From Eledone cirrhosa (lineage: Eukaryota), in contig OZ024742.1 of the NCBI GenBank assembly GCA_964016885.1, forward strand, positions 221,402,001 to 221,466,000: DNA of 64,000 bases, given 5' to 3'. Position 1 is the first letter of the stretch, and each line of letters begins with the position of its first letter. The position numbers were made by a program, and so were the translations under genes. A model generated the notes under the pieces. That model saw nothing but the letters and a program-made list of their open reading frames with translations, had not been told where the DNA came from and did no database searches. Of the stretch, positions 1 through 11,940 are shown piece by piece.

Positions 1-1884
1 GCAAATCAGGATGTTGTTGGTGATAAATGTGTCCGGGATGATGCCGGTGTACTTAGTGTCACGAATGACCAGAAAAAGGAGGCCTGGAAATGCCATTATG
101 AGAGACTGATGAATGTGGAGAACGAATGGGAGAGAGAGAAATTACCCTTGGTAGATCCGACAGAGGGACCAGCTATTGAGATTGACGAATATAGGGTCCA
201 AGAGGCGATTAGGGAAATGAAAAATGGTAAGGCGGCCGGACCATCGGGAATAGTTGCTGAGATGTTGAAGGCATCAGGGGACGTAGGCACTAAACTGGTT
301 GCACGCATAATCAATCAGGCTATATATGGTGGTGTCATACCCAAAGACTGGTGCAGCAGTATTCTCATAAATTGCTACAAAGGTAAAGGGGATGCTTTGG
401 AGAGGAGCAATTATAGGGGTATAAAACTGATAGATCAGGTTATGAAAGTGGCAGAAAGGATTTTAGCACAACTAATTAGAGAAAGGGTCAAACTAGATGA
501 GATGCAGTTTGGTTTTGTGCCTGGGAAGAGTACAACAGATGCCCTCTTCTTGGTGAGACAAATGCAAGAGAGGTTCTTAGAGAAGAATAAGCCACTATAC
601 TTGGCCTTTGTTGACCTAGAGAAGGCCTTTGATAGGGTACCCCGATCTGTCATCTGGTGGTCCCTAAGGAAGCTGGGTGTTGAGGAATGGCTTGTAAGGA
701 CAGTGCAAACTTTGTACAGAGGTACTCTCAGTAAAGTCAGGGTAGGAATGGAGTTTAGTGAGGAATTCCAGATACAAGTAGGAGTACATCAGGGTTCGGT
801 CCTCAGCCCGCTCTTGTTCATTATAGTCCCCCAAGCCATAACAGAGGAGTTTAAGACTGGCTGTCCATGGGAACTTCTCTATGCTGACGATCTGGCTCTT
901 ATGGCAGAATCAGTAGAGGAGCTAGAGAATAAATTCCGGCTATGGAAACAGCAGTTGGAAGCAAGAGGACTGAGAGTAAATCTAGCTAAGACAAAAGTGT
1001 TGATGAGTAGAAAAGAGGACAAAACCCTGATTCCGTCAGGGAAATGGCCATGTTCGATATGCAGAAAAGGAACTGGCATAAATTCTATAAAATGCACACA
1101 ATGTAGGTCCTGGGTACACAAGAGATGTAGCGGGATAGCAGGCAAACTAACAGGTAGGGAGAAATATGTATGCAGTAGATGTACAGGGAAATTAGACAGT
1201 AGAAGTCGCACTGATAGACACATTTTTCAAATGCGAGAGGGCGCTATAGAAGTGGTGGATAGCTTCCGGTACCTAGGAGATCAGATTAGCATGGGAGGAG
1301 GGTGTTCCGAGGCCATAGTATCTAGAATAAGGACGGGTTGGAAGAAGTTTAGGGAGCTGCTTCCTCTGTTGACGAAGAAGGGTTTCTCCCTGCGTACGAA
1401 AGGCCGGTTGTATGATGCCTGTGTGAGGAGCGCGATGCTGCATGGTAGTGAGACATGGGCAGCTACCGCAGAAGATATGCGACGGCTGGAGAGAAATGAG
1501 GCAAGCATGCTCCGTTGGATGTGCAGTGTAAATGTGCGTGAACGACCCAGCATAAATGTGTTGAGAGAGAAACTGTGTCTGAGAGGGATAGAACGTAGTG
1601 TACGGGAGAGGAGACTGAGGTGGTATGGACATGTGATGCGCATGGAGGATGACCGATGGGTGAAGAAGTGCCAGGAAATGCCAGTTGAAGGAAGACGTAG
1701 TAGAGGTAGACCACGAAAAACATGGGCGGAGGTGGTGAGAACAGACCTCAGATCATTGAAGCTCACGGTGGAGATGACGAGGGACCGTGACGAGTGGAGA
1801 GATGCTGTGCTGAATAAGACCCGTCCCACCCTTGCAAGCAGGGAAAAGCGGACGTAAAATGATGATGATGATGATGATGATGAT
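1..1884 (+). mobile_element. RTE-clade LINE family A, copy 1 (5' part lies outside the window)
   Basis: ORF 109-1857 has RT motifs (AFVDLEKAFD, GVHQGSVLSP, LLYADD), a PHD finger, the RTE C-terminus RLRWYGHV...GRPRKTW and a (GAT)n tail. Confidence 0.95.
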
Positions 1885-2617
1885 ACCTCAGGAATATAGA
1901 TATATACACCTCAGACACAATAATTCTATATACACCTCAGGAATATAGATATATACACCTCAGGAAAATAGATATATACACCTCAGACACAATAATTCTA
2001 TATACACCGCAGGCATATAGATATATATATACCTCAGGAATATAGATATATACATCTCAGACACAATAATTCTATATACACCTCAGGAATATAGATATAT
2101 ACACCTCAGACACAATAATTCTATATACACCTCAGGAATATAGATATATACACCTCAGACAAAATAATTCTATATACACCTCAGGAATATAGATATATAC
2201 ACCTCAGACACAATAATTCTATATACACCTCAGGAATATAGATATATACACCTCAGACACAATAATTCTATATACACCGCAGGAATATAGATATATACAC
2301 CTCAGACACAATAATTTGATACACACCTCAGGAATATAGATATATATACACCTCAGACACAATAATTCTATATACACTTCAGGAACATAGATATATACAC
2401 CTCAGACACAATAATTCTATATACACCTCAGGAATATAGATATATACACCTCAGACACAATAATTCTATATATACCTCAGACACAATAATTCTATATACA
2501 CCGCAGGCATATAGATATATACCTCAGGAATATAGATATATACATCTCAGACACAATAATTCTATATACACCTCAGGAATATAGATATATACACCTCAGA
2601 CACAATAATTCTATATA
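1885..2617. repeat. 49-bp minisatellite made of 23-bp and 26-bp subunits
   Basis: Alternating cacctcaggaatatagatatata and cacctcagacacaataattctatata; period 49 (for example 2102 and 2151). Confidence 0.95.
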
Positions 2618-5600
2618 TAGCCAAAAAGCTTATCAGCACAGCAACAAAACAGCATAGAAAAAAATATGAAGACGTCGCATCTCAGAGTTGCAACACTTAA
2701 TGTTGGCACTCTCAGAGGTAGATCTGCTGAAATAGCGGAGATGCTGGAGAGAAGGCAGGTGGATGTGTGCTGCGTGCAAGAGGTGAGATGGAGAGGTGCC
2801 TCTGCGAGACTAGTCGTAGGCAAGCGTCTTAGCTATAAGCTATTCTGGGTAGGTAAGGATGATGGGTTAGGGGGAGTAGGCATTTTCCTGGCTGAGAAAT
2901 GGATCAATAAGACAATAGAGGTAGTTCGAGTTAGTAATCGAATAATTAAGCTTAGATTAGTTGTAGGTAGGAGACTACTGACAATCATCTCGGTCTATGC
3001 TCCCCAAGCAGGCCTAGGCAAAGATGAGAAAGACTGCTTTTATGAGCAACTTTTGCAAACAACCACAATGACAGAGGACTGAGACATCGTTATGCTAGCA
3101 GGAGACTTCAATGGTCATGTTGGACAGCTCCAGGATGGTTACACTGGGGTACATGGTGGGCATGGTTACGGTTCAAGAAATGAAGAAGGAGTGAGACTTC
3201 TTGAATTTTGTGATGCAAGTACATTGACTATTTGCAACACAAACTTCCAGAAACCTGCCAATCACCTAATAACCTACAAATCTGGTGAGCACATAAGCCA
3301 GATTGACTTCCTGCTAGTTAGGCAGCGGGACAGGCAGATAGTGTCTAATACCAAGGCATACCCTGGGGAAGAATGTACCCCACAGCATAGGTTAGTTGTT
3401 AGTGATATCTCAGTAAGCAAGAGATGGAATGAGCCATATAGGAAGGTGTGGAGAAGAAAGGTCTGGAAGCTAAAAGACCTTTCACTAAAATTCAAATTTA
3501 GGAAAGCCCTTCAAGATGTATATGACGAAAAAGAAGACGATTTAGAGACGTATGACATAGATAATAACTGGAAGTTCTTACGTGACAACTTGCTGAAGGC
3601 TACTGATGAAACTTGTGGCTGGAGCAGAGCCCCAACCAGACAGAGAGTGACCTGGTGGTGGAACAGCAGTGTAGATAAGGCTATTAGAGACAAAAGACTA
3701 GCATGGAAGGCTTGGAATAAGGGTGGGAGTAGGGAAGAATATACAGCCACTAAGAGAGAAGCTAGACGTCAGGTGTACTTAGCACGCAGGGAGGCAGAGA
3801 GTAGGAGGTTTGCCAAAGTTCTGCGACGGGAAGATCAGAGGCGTGCGGTGTTCCACATTGCAAGGCAGTGTGTCAATGCAAATCAGGATGTTGTTGGTGA
3901 TAAATGTGTCCGGGATGATGCCGGTGTACTTAGTGTCACGAATGACCAGAAAAAGGAGGCCTGGAAATGCCATTATGAGAGACTGATGAATGTGGAGAAC
4001 GAATGGGAGAGAGAGAAATTACCCTTGGTAGATCCGACAGAGGGACCAGCTATTGAGATTGACGAATATAGGGTCCAAGAGGCGATTAGGGAAATGAAAA
4101 ATGGTAAGGCGGCCGGACCATCGGGAATAGTTGCTGAGATGTTGAAGGCATCAGGGGACGTAGGCACTAAACTGGTTGCACGCATAATCAATCAGGCTAT
4201 ATATGGTGGTGTCATACCCAAAGACTGGTGCAGCAGTATTCTCATAAATTGCTACAAAGGTAAAGGGGATGCTTTGGAGAGGAGCAATTATAGGGGTATA
4301 AAACTGATAGATCAGGTTATGAAAGTGGCAGAAAGGATTTTAGCACAACTAATTAGAGAAAGGGTCAAACTAGATGAGATGCAGTTTGGTTTTGTGCCTG
4401 GGAAGAGTACAACAGATGCCCTCTTCTTGGTGAGACAAATGCAAGAGAGGTTCTTAGAGAAGAATAAGCCACTATACTTGGCCTTTGTTGACCTAGAGAA
4501 GGCCTTTGATAGGGTACCCCGATCTGTCATCTGGTGGTCCCTAAGGAAGCTGGGTGTTGAGGAATGGCTTGTAAGGACAGTGCAAACTTTGTACAGAGGT
4601 ACTCTCAGTAAAGTCAGGGTAGGAATGGAGTTTAGTGAGGAATTCCAGATACAAGTAGGAGTACATCAGGGTTCGGTCCTCAGCCCGCTCTTGTTCATTA
4701 TAGTCCCCCAAGCCATAACAGAGGAGTTTAAGACTGGCTGTCCATGGGAACTTCTCTATGCTGACGATCTGGCTCTTATGGCAGAATCAGTAGAGGAGCT
4801 AGAGAATAAATTCCGGCTATGGAAACAGCAGTTGGAAGCAAGAGGACTGAGAGTAAATCTAGCTAAGACAAAAGTGTTGATGAGTAGAAAAGAGGACAAA
4901 ACCCTGATTCCGTCAGGGAAATGGCCATGTTCGATATGCAGAAAAGGAACTGGCATAAATTCTATAAAATGCACACAATGTAGGTCCTGGGTACACAAGA
5001 GATGTAGCGGGATAGCAGGCAAACTAACAGGTAGGGAGAAATATGTATGCAGTAGATGTACAGGGAAATTAGACAGTAGAAGTCGCACTGATAGACACAT
5101 TTTTCAAATGCGAGAGGGCGCTATAGAAGTGGTGGATAGCTTCCGGTACCTAGGAGATCAGATTAGCATGGGAGGAGGGTGTTCCGAGGCCATAGTATCT
5201 AGAATAAGGACGGGTTGGAAGAAGTTTAGGGAGCTGCTTCCTCTGTTGACGAAGAAGGGTTTCTCCCTGCGTACGAAAGGCCGGTTGTATGATGCCTGTG
5301 TGAGGAGCGCGATGCTGCATGGTAGTGAGACATGGGCAGCTACCGCAGAAGATATGCGACGGCTGGAGAGAAATGAGGCAAGCATGCTCCGTTGGATGTG
5401 CAGTGTAAATGTGCGTGAACGACCCAGCATAAATGTGTTGAGAGAGAAACTGTGTCTGAGAGGGATAGAACGTAGTGTACGGGAGAGGAGACTGAGGTGG
5501 TATGGACATGTGATGCGCATGGAGGATGACCGATGGGTGAAGAAGTGCCAGGAAATGCCAGTTGAAGGAAGACGTAGTAGAGGTAGACCACGAAAAACAT

Positions 5601-5761
5601 GGGCGGAGGTGGTGAGAACAGACCTCAGATCATTGAAGCTCACGGTGGAGATGACGAGGGACCGTGACGAGTGGAGAGATGCTGTGCTGAATAAGACCCG
5701 TCCCACCCTTGCAAGCAGGGAAAAGCGGACGTAAAATGATGATGATGATGATGATGATGAT
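2618..5761 (+). mobile_element. RTE LINE family A, copy 2; full APE+RT+PHD ORF with one in-frame TGA
   Basis: ORFs 2666-3082 and 3092-5734 share a frame. APE motifs TLNVGTL, VQEVRW, AGDFNGHVG, SQIDF and QHRLV are present, plus RT YADD and a (GAT)n tail. Confidence 0.95.
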
Positions 5762-7005
5762 ACCTCAGGAATATAGATATATACACCTCAGACACAATAA
5801 TTCTATATACACCTCAGGAATATAGATATATACACCTCAGGAAAATAGATATATACACCTCAGACACAATAATTCTATATACACCGCAGGCATATAGATA
5901 TATATATACCTCAGGAATATAGATATATACATCTCAGACACAATAATTCTATATACACCTCAGGAATATAGATATATACACCTCAGACACAATAATTCTA
6001 TATACACCTCAGGAATATAGATATATACACCTCAGACAAAATAATTCTATATACACCTCAGGAATATAGATATATACACCTCAGACACAATAATTCTATA
6101 TACACCTCAGGAATATAGATATATACACCTCAGACACAATAATTCTATATACACCGCAGGAATATAGATATATACACCTCAGACACAATAATTTGATACA
6201 CACCTCAGGAATATAGATATATATACACCTCAGACACAATAATTCTATATACACTTCAGGAACATAGATATATACACCTCAGACACAATAATTCTATATA
6301 CACTTTAGGAATATAGATATATACACCTCAGTCACAATAATTCTATATACACCTCAGGAATATAGATATATACACCTCAGACACAATAATTCTATATACA
6401 CCGCAGGCATATAGATATATATACCTCAGACACAATAATTCTATATACACTTCAGGAATATAGACATATACACCTCAGTCACAATAATTCTATATACACC
6501 TCAGGAATATAGATATATACACCTCAGACACAATAATTCTATATACACCACAGGAATATAGATATATACACCTCAGACACAATAATTCTACATACACCTC
6601 AGAAATATAGATATATACACCTCAGACACAATAATTCTACATACATCTCAGACACAATAATTCTATATACACCTCAGGAATATAGATATATACACCTCAG
6701 ACACAATAATTCTATATACACCGCAGGAATATAGATATATACACCTCAGACACAATAATTCTACATACACCTGAGGAATATAGATATGTATGAGGAATAT
6801 AGATATATACACCTCAGACACAATAATTCTATATACATCTCAGACACAATAATTCTATATACACCGCAGGAATATAGATATATACACCTCAGACACAATA
6901 ATTCTACATACACCTCGGGAATATAGATATATACACCTCAGACACAATAATTATACATACATCTCAGACACAATAATTCTATATACACCTCAGGAAAATA
7001 GATGT
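5762..7005. repeat. 49-bp minisatellite, second array
   Basis: Same dimeric unit as 1885-2617. Confidence 0.95.
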
Positions 7006-7135
7006 GTACCTGGTGGTGTAGTAAAACTTTGTAGAAAACTTGAAAACATAAGGGAAAATAATAATTTCTAACATGTGTCCGCACACACACACATATACGC
7101 ATTACACATACACACACATATATATATACATATAT

Positions 7136-7653
7136 AACCAAGAGGGTGTGGTAAGATACCAGGTGGACCATAACGTACCAGAGTACTTAGATAAAATGTC
7201 TAAATTAGCCAAATTTTACTATAAAAAGTGGTGCTCTTTTTTTGTTGATTTACGTTTAATTAATAGAAAAAACCCGTGATAATAGAGGTTCCAATACTCA
7301 AGTTGGAAAATGGCTGCCAAAATTTTTCCTATAGAGGGCTTAACCCCCATTAGGATGTCTTAATATTATTGAAATGTTCTGAAATTTTGTGAATAGGCAT
7401 CATATCTTGTCATTTACCTATGGCTTAAATTTCATATAAATCGAAGGGAAAAGATTTTCAGTGGGGGTTTGTGCCCCCGGGGAACCCTTTGATTAAAATT
7501 AAATATACTTATCCAAGTACCCTGGGCAATGTAGTTTCAGAATATATATGGTTATGGGGGTCTATCTCTAAAACCATAGGAGGAGTTCGTGAACAAACAA
7601 ACAAACAAACAAACAAACAAACAGACAGGAACTACAACTTTATATATATAGAT
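7136..7653. mobile_element. Probable non-autonomous Helitron/HINE-like element
   Basis: Ends in an (ACAA)n microsatellite followed by ctttatatatatagat, the same terminus as the 25951-28446 Helitron. Confidence 0.45.
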
Positions 7654-7734
7654 ATATATGTGTCTGATGGTAGTTAAGATGCTTCCATAGGCGGAATGCC
7701 GGTTGAGCACTCTATGCTCTTACAGAGCAGAGTA

Positions 7735-8255
7735 TGATATAATATAAAACGAAAAATCAGTGATGCATCTGAACTCAATTTATTGTGTTACAATTGTTTC
7801 GCCGGCAGACAGCTCGAGACACGATCATTGTGTGGATCTGTCTGATTCTGGATCCGCAGGTTCGACGGACACTTCTAATGATCCTTAGAAGTGGCTTTGT
7901 AGAATGGTAGGATCTAGTTAGGTTCATTTGCATTTTTAGTTAAAATCTGTCTAGGCCAGCTTTGCCTTTCACTTTTCCAGCTTTAATGTACCCATACCTA
8001 GGGAAGCACAGTGTTCGGAGTATGGTAGATGCCGGATGGAGGGTTTTCATTTGGTTGCACTTCTCTGAACAGTTTCTAGGAAATCAATATTCTGAGCAAG
8101 ATATGATCATTAGAAGTGTCCGTCGAACCTGCGTATCCAGAATCAGACAGATCCACACAATGATCGTGTCTCAAGCTGTCTGCCGGCGAAACAATTGTAA
8201 CACACAATAAATTGAGTTCAGATGCATCACTGATTTTCGTTTTATATTATATATA
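7735..8255. repeat. Inverted repeat with ~150-bp arms and a ~220-bp spacer; probable Penelope pLTR foldback
   Basis: 7735-7885 is the reverse complement of 8105-8255. Arms contain GAAA-caattg-TA-acac followed by aataaa. Confidence 0.7.
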
Positions 8256-8256
8256 G

Positions 8257-8287
<31 letters not shown>

Positions 8288-8953
8288 TCATCATCATCAT
8301 CATCGTTTAACGTCCATATTCCACGCTTGCATGGGTTTGGACGGGAGTTTTCCCACTTGAGGCAAGAGTGGTTGTCTTGCTCGCATAGGACTGTCTGGTG
8401 GATTTTCTACGGCTGGATGCCCTTCCTAACACCAACCACGTTTACAGTGTGGGACTGGGAGGTTTTTACCGTGTTACCTACATGGCCACATTACAGCGTC
8501 GACTGTGTGTTTTTTGTCGTGACACCTACACGTCTGGCGGGTTTTCTACGGCTGGGTGCCCTTCCCAACACCAACCACGTTTACAGTGTGTACTGGGAGG
8601 TTTTTACCGTGTTACCTACACGGCCACATTACAGCGTGGACTGTGTTTTTTTGTCGTGACACCTACATGACCTCATTTGTTTCGGACTGGATGTTGTGGT
8701 ACCAACATAACTTCACATTTAAGGGGGTGGTGTGGATGGGGTGGGGGTAGTGGGACGGGGTGTATTTTGTTAGAGGTGCCTACTGACTGTAGGTTTCGCT
8801 TTGTACTTAGGCAAGGCGAGTCTTCTGTATAACTGTGTAGCGCCAAAGATCTCGGTCCAGTGACATTGTCTTGGAGAGGTGTAAGTGTGTGAGGTCGGAA
8901 TTTATCAAGTCGTCCCAGGTTTTTCTGGGTCTGCCTACTCCGTGGCTACCGTC

Positions 8954-8960
<7 letters not shown>
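8288..8960 (-). mobile_element. 5'-truncated RTE family B-like 3' end with an internal duplication
   Basis: (ATC)n tail, family-B 3'UTR and GRPRKTWD coding end on the minus strand; 8400-8530 is repeated at 8540-8670. Confidence 0.85.
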
Positions 8961-8990
<30 letters not shown>

Positions 8991-9404
8991 CATGTAGGTC
9001 ATGCCCAAAGAAGTAGTTTTAATAAATATTAGCTTTTAATATTAAAACCCATACTTTTCTCTAATTCTTTAATATAGTATTTACCCCGATTACAGAGTTT
9101 GATCATCACTTAACTGTGTATACTGAGGTGGCTTGGCAACAACCCAGAACAGATTAGTTAAAGTTCTTCTACTCCTCCTGTCATCCCAGCTCTGTTGTAG
9201 ACATAAACTTCATCGGATGTAACATCTCCAATATTTTCAGCTAAATACAAGACACAGCAGTTTTCCAAGATTAATTTTCAGACATTATGTGTTCTATCTT
9301 GGTTAATTTTAGTTATTTTAGTCTACTTCTGGCATGGAGAGAAATAATTCTTTGGCACAATTTAGAGTAAAAATTTGAAGATTATATGTATATATGTGTG
9401 TATG

Positions 9405-9435
<31 letters not shown>

Positions 9436-9825
9436 ATGTATGTGTGTGTGTGTGTATATGGGTGTGTGTGTGTATATATATATGTGTGCGTGTATATATA
9501 TATATATATGTATATGTATGTACATATATATGAAAGGAGAGCAGATGTTAAATATAAACATATATATATATATTGGCAAACATGAGAATGAGAACTCAAT
9601 ACTTATGGTAGAGATTTATAATTTATTAAGGCCAATCAATGTTTTTCAGCCTTTAAGTGTTTGAAAAATGTGTAGCCCACAGGGGAACCACCAATAGGCC
9701 ATTAGATCATTATCAATAAATAGTTAAATAGAATATTTTCTTTGAGTTAGTTAGTATGTAAGCTCTCTCTCTATAGATGGCTTATTTACCTAAACTTTTC
9801 CATCTCTTTCTTTCATTATCATCCT

Positions 9826-9862
9826 ACTTTCTGAAGAAGGACTTAGTCTGAAATGTCAAGAA
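9826..9862 (+). ncRNA. Minimal type I hammerhead motif (Penelope pLTR remnant)
   Basis: cttt CTGAAGA aggacttagtct GAAA tgtc aagaa. Confidence 0.55.
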
Positions 9863-10280
9863 TAAATCTTCCCACTTCTCGAGAGCATTAAACTAATACC
9901 ATAACATTTTTTTTTTTTTATTAAGTCTTTGTTTTTATCATGTTTACATCTGTTTTTCCATGCTTGCATGGCATTTCTCCACTCGTTGCAATCCTTTGTC
10001 ATCTCCTCTGTGAGTCTCAGTGATTTGAGTTCAGTTCTCATAGTCATTCTTAACAGAATCAACATGCATTCAAGAGTGTTTCTTAAGGACACATTATACC
10101 TGATCTGAGAATTGAACTTACATTGCTATGATAGTGGTTTCTTATATAGGCACAAGGCCATAATTGTAAGAATATAATAGTAAGAATAAAACTCAAACCA
10201 TTAAGCTACACAACTTCATTGTGATTAAAAAAAACCCCAAAAGGCTCAAAGTCAAGCAACATTTTAGTGTCTTCACTTAC

Positions 10281-10381
10281 CTGTATCGGTAATAGCTGAC
10301 CAGTATTCTTTCTCTTATTATTCCTTCTATTTTCATATCTGTCACTAGCAGCATCACACCATACAGGAATAAAGATTCACA
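10281..10381 (-). CDS. WASHC5: Strumpellin (WASH complex subunit 5) internal exon, [33 protein letters not shown]
   Basis: ttgcag acceptor and gtaagt donor; 101 bp with a phase-0 start that joins the 42090-42174 exon in frame. Matches the remembered strumpellin sequence [31 protein letters not shown]. Confidence 0.92.
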
Positions 10382-10586
10382 CTGCAACAACAACCAATTG
10401 AATAAAGAAATTATAGATATATATATATATAAGCAAGATGTATGGTAGGTCATATGTGAATCGCGATGATCACGTCTGACCTACCAAATATGTGACGGTA
10501 GCTAGTTAAGCTCTATGCGTATAAGCAGAGCAGAAATATTAATGAAAAAGAACAAAGGAACTATTATGACATTATAACAAGTTTAT

Positions 10587-10633
10587 TGCCGACAGCCGTT
10601 TCGTCCGACCATATGGTGGGACTTTTCAAGGCA
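10587..10633 (-). ncRNA. Type I hammerhead, U3-A8 core variant
   Basis: Minus strand reads tgcc TTGAAAA gtcc-caccatatggtc-ggac GAAA cggctg TC ggca; stems I, II and III all pair. Confidence 0.7.
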
Positions 10634-11714
10634 TATAACATGTGATTGTAAGTTCATTATTTACATCAACGTATCACTTAAGACTAGCAGTTTGAAATTG
10701 TGGTATACATCAGCAGCTCCGCTTGTATATTTGGGGTCTATATTCTAAGGGGGCTCTTTTATATTAGTTGTTTGAATTGTAAAGGGGTGGGTTATGGGGA
10801 GTTAAGAGAATTTGAAAATGGCCTAAGAGTCAGGGATTGAAGGTTAAAAATTAGATAATTTATAATTTACGCATTAAAAGACTTGGGATCTCGTAGAAGC
10901 ACCTTAAAAAAAATCCCTCAATAAGTGCATAAAGCTTACAAGCCTCAATAAACTTAACAAACTAGAAGAGATTAAGAGACTAATAAAATAAAAAAATAAA
11001 GATATAAAGTTTCCCTAAAAATATATATAAAGTTTCCCAAGAAGTTCCTTCGAGAGAAAAAAATTTCTTTCGAAAGAAAAAAACTTTCTTCCCCAGAGAT
11101 CTTGTTAAAAAATTTCAGAAAATTTACGAAGTTTTTCATAATCCCTACTAAGTTGAAAGAAACTAATCAATTAAAGGTTAATTCAAAGAGCCTTCAATAA
11201 ACCCCTCAGAAAAGGCCCCTTTAATATTTTTAATAGGAACCTCCTCCGGGAGACCCTTCAAAGAATTAAAATTTTAGAGAGCCTTTAAGGATATATATAA
11301 ACGAATTGAGGAAAATTATAAATTAAAAGTTAAAAATTACGGTATTTGGGATATCCGAGGAATTTTCAAAGGGCTGGTTCAACAGATACAACTTAGGTAT
11401 AATAGATAAAATAGTTTAAGTAATTTAAGTAATTTAATTAGGGAGCAATTCAAAGAGCTTATCAAGTTGGGCAAGATTAAATAAAATTATAAGTAAGAAA
11501 ATACATAAGCAAAAAGACAATAATTATAAAATGTATTTTTAAAAGACAATAATTATAAAATGTATTTTTAAGAAGGTATAAGGTAGCTTCAGTAATCTAA
11601 TAATGTACTATCAAAAAATTATTATAAAATTATCACAAAATTATTATAAAATGATTACAAAATTATCATAAAACTATTGATACAGGATTAAAAAATTACT
11701 ATAAAATTATTGAT

Positions 11715-11940
11715 ACAGGATTAACAAAGACATAATAATATATTCCTGCCTAATTAACAAAATCAATAAATAATTAACAGTCAAGCAAAATTAGCTCAGG
11801 GATATCCCGCTCTCGGATACTTTACACACATACAGCATCACATATGATTAACAAAGACATAATGGTATACCCCTGCTTAATTAATAAACAATCAATTAAC
11901 CATTGATAGTCAAGTAAATGTACTCAGGGATATCCCGGAG
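11715..11940. repeat. ~125-bp tandem unit with an inverted copy at 13296-13425
   Basis: gattaacaaagacataat...cagggatatcccg occurs twice; its reverse complement is at 13296-13425. Confidence 0.8.

Noticed and set aside
3080-3082. Selenocysteine or programmed readthrough at the in-frame TGA
   Set aside because: It lies at a non-conserved loop position with no SECIS seen, and CpG decay explains it.
1885-7005. CRISPR-like appearance of the alternating 23/26-bp repeats
   Set aside because: The apparent spacers are themselves repeated, there are no cas genes, and the context is eukaryotic. It is a minisatellite.
9155-9240. Possible extra minus-strand exon (tttag|CTGAAAAT..., ENIGDVTSDEVYVYNRAGMTGGVEEL*)
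   Set aside because: No resemblance to the next strumpellin exon as I recall it, and no other support.
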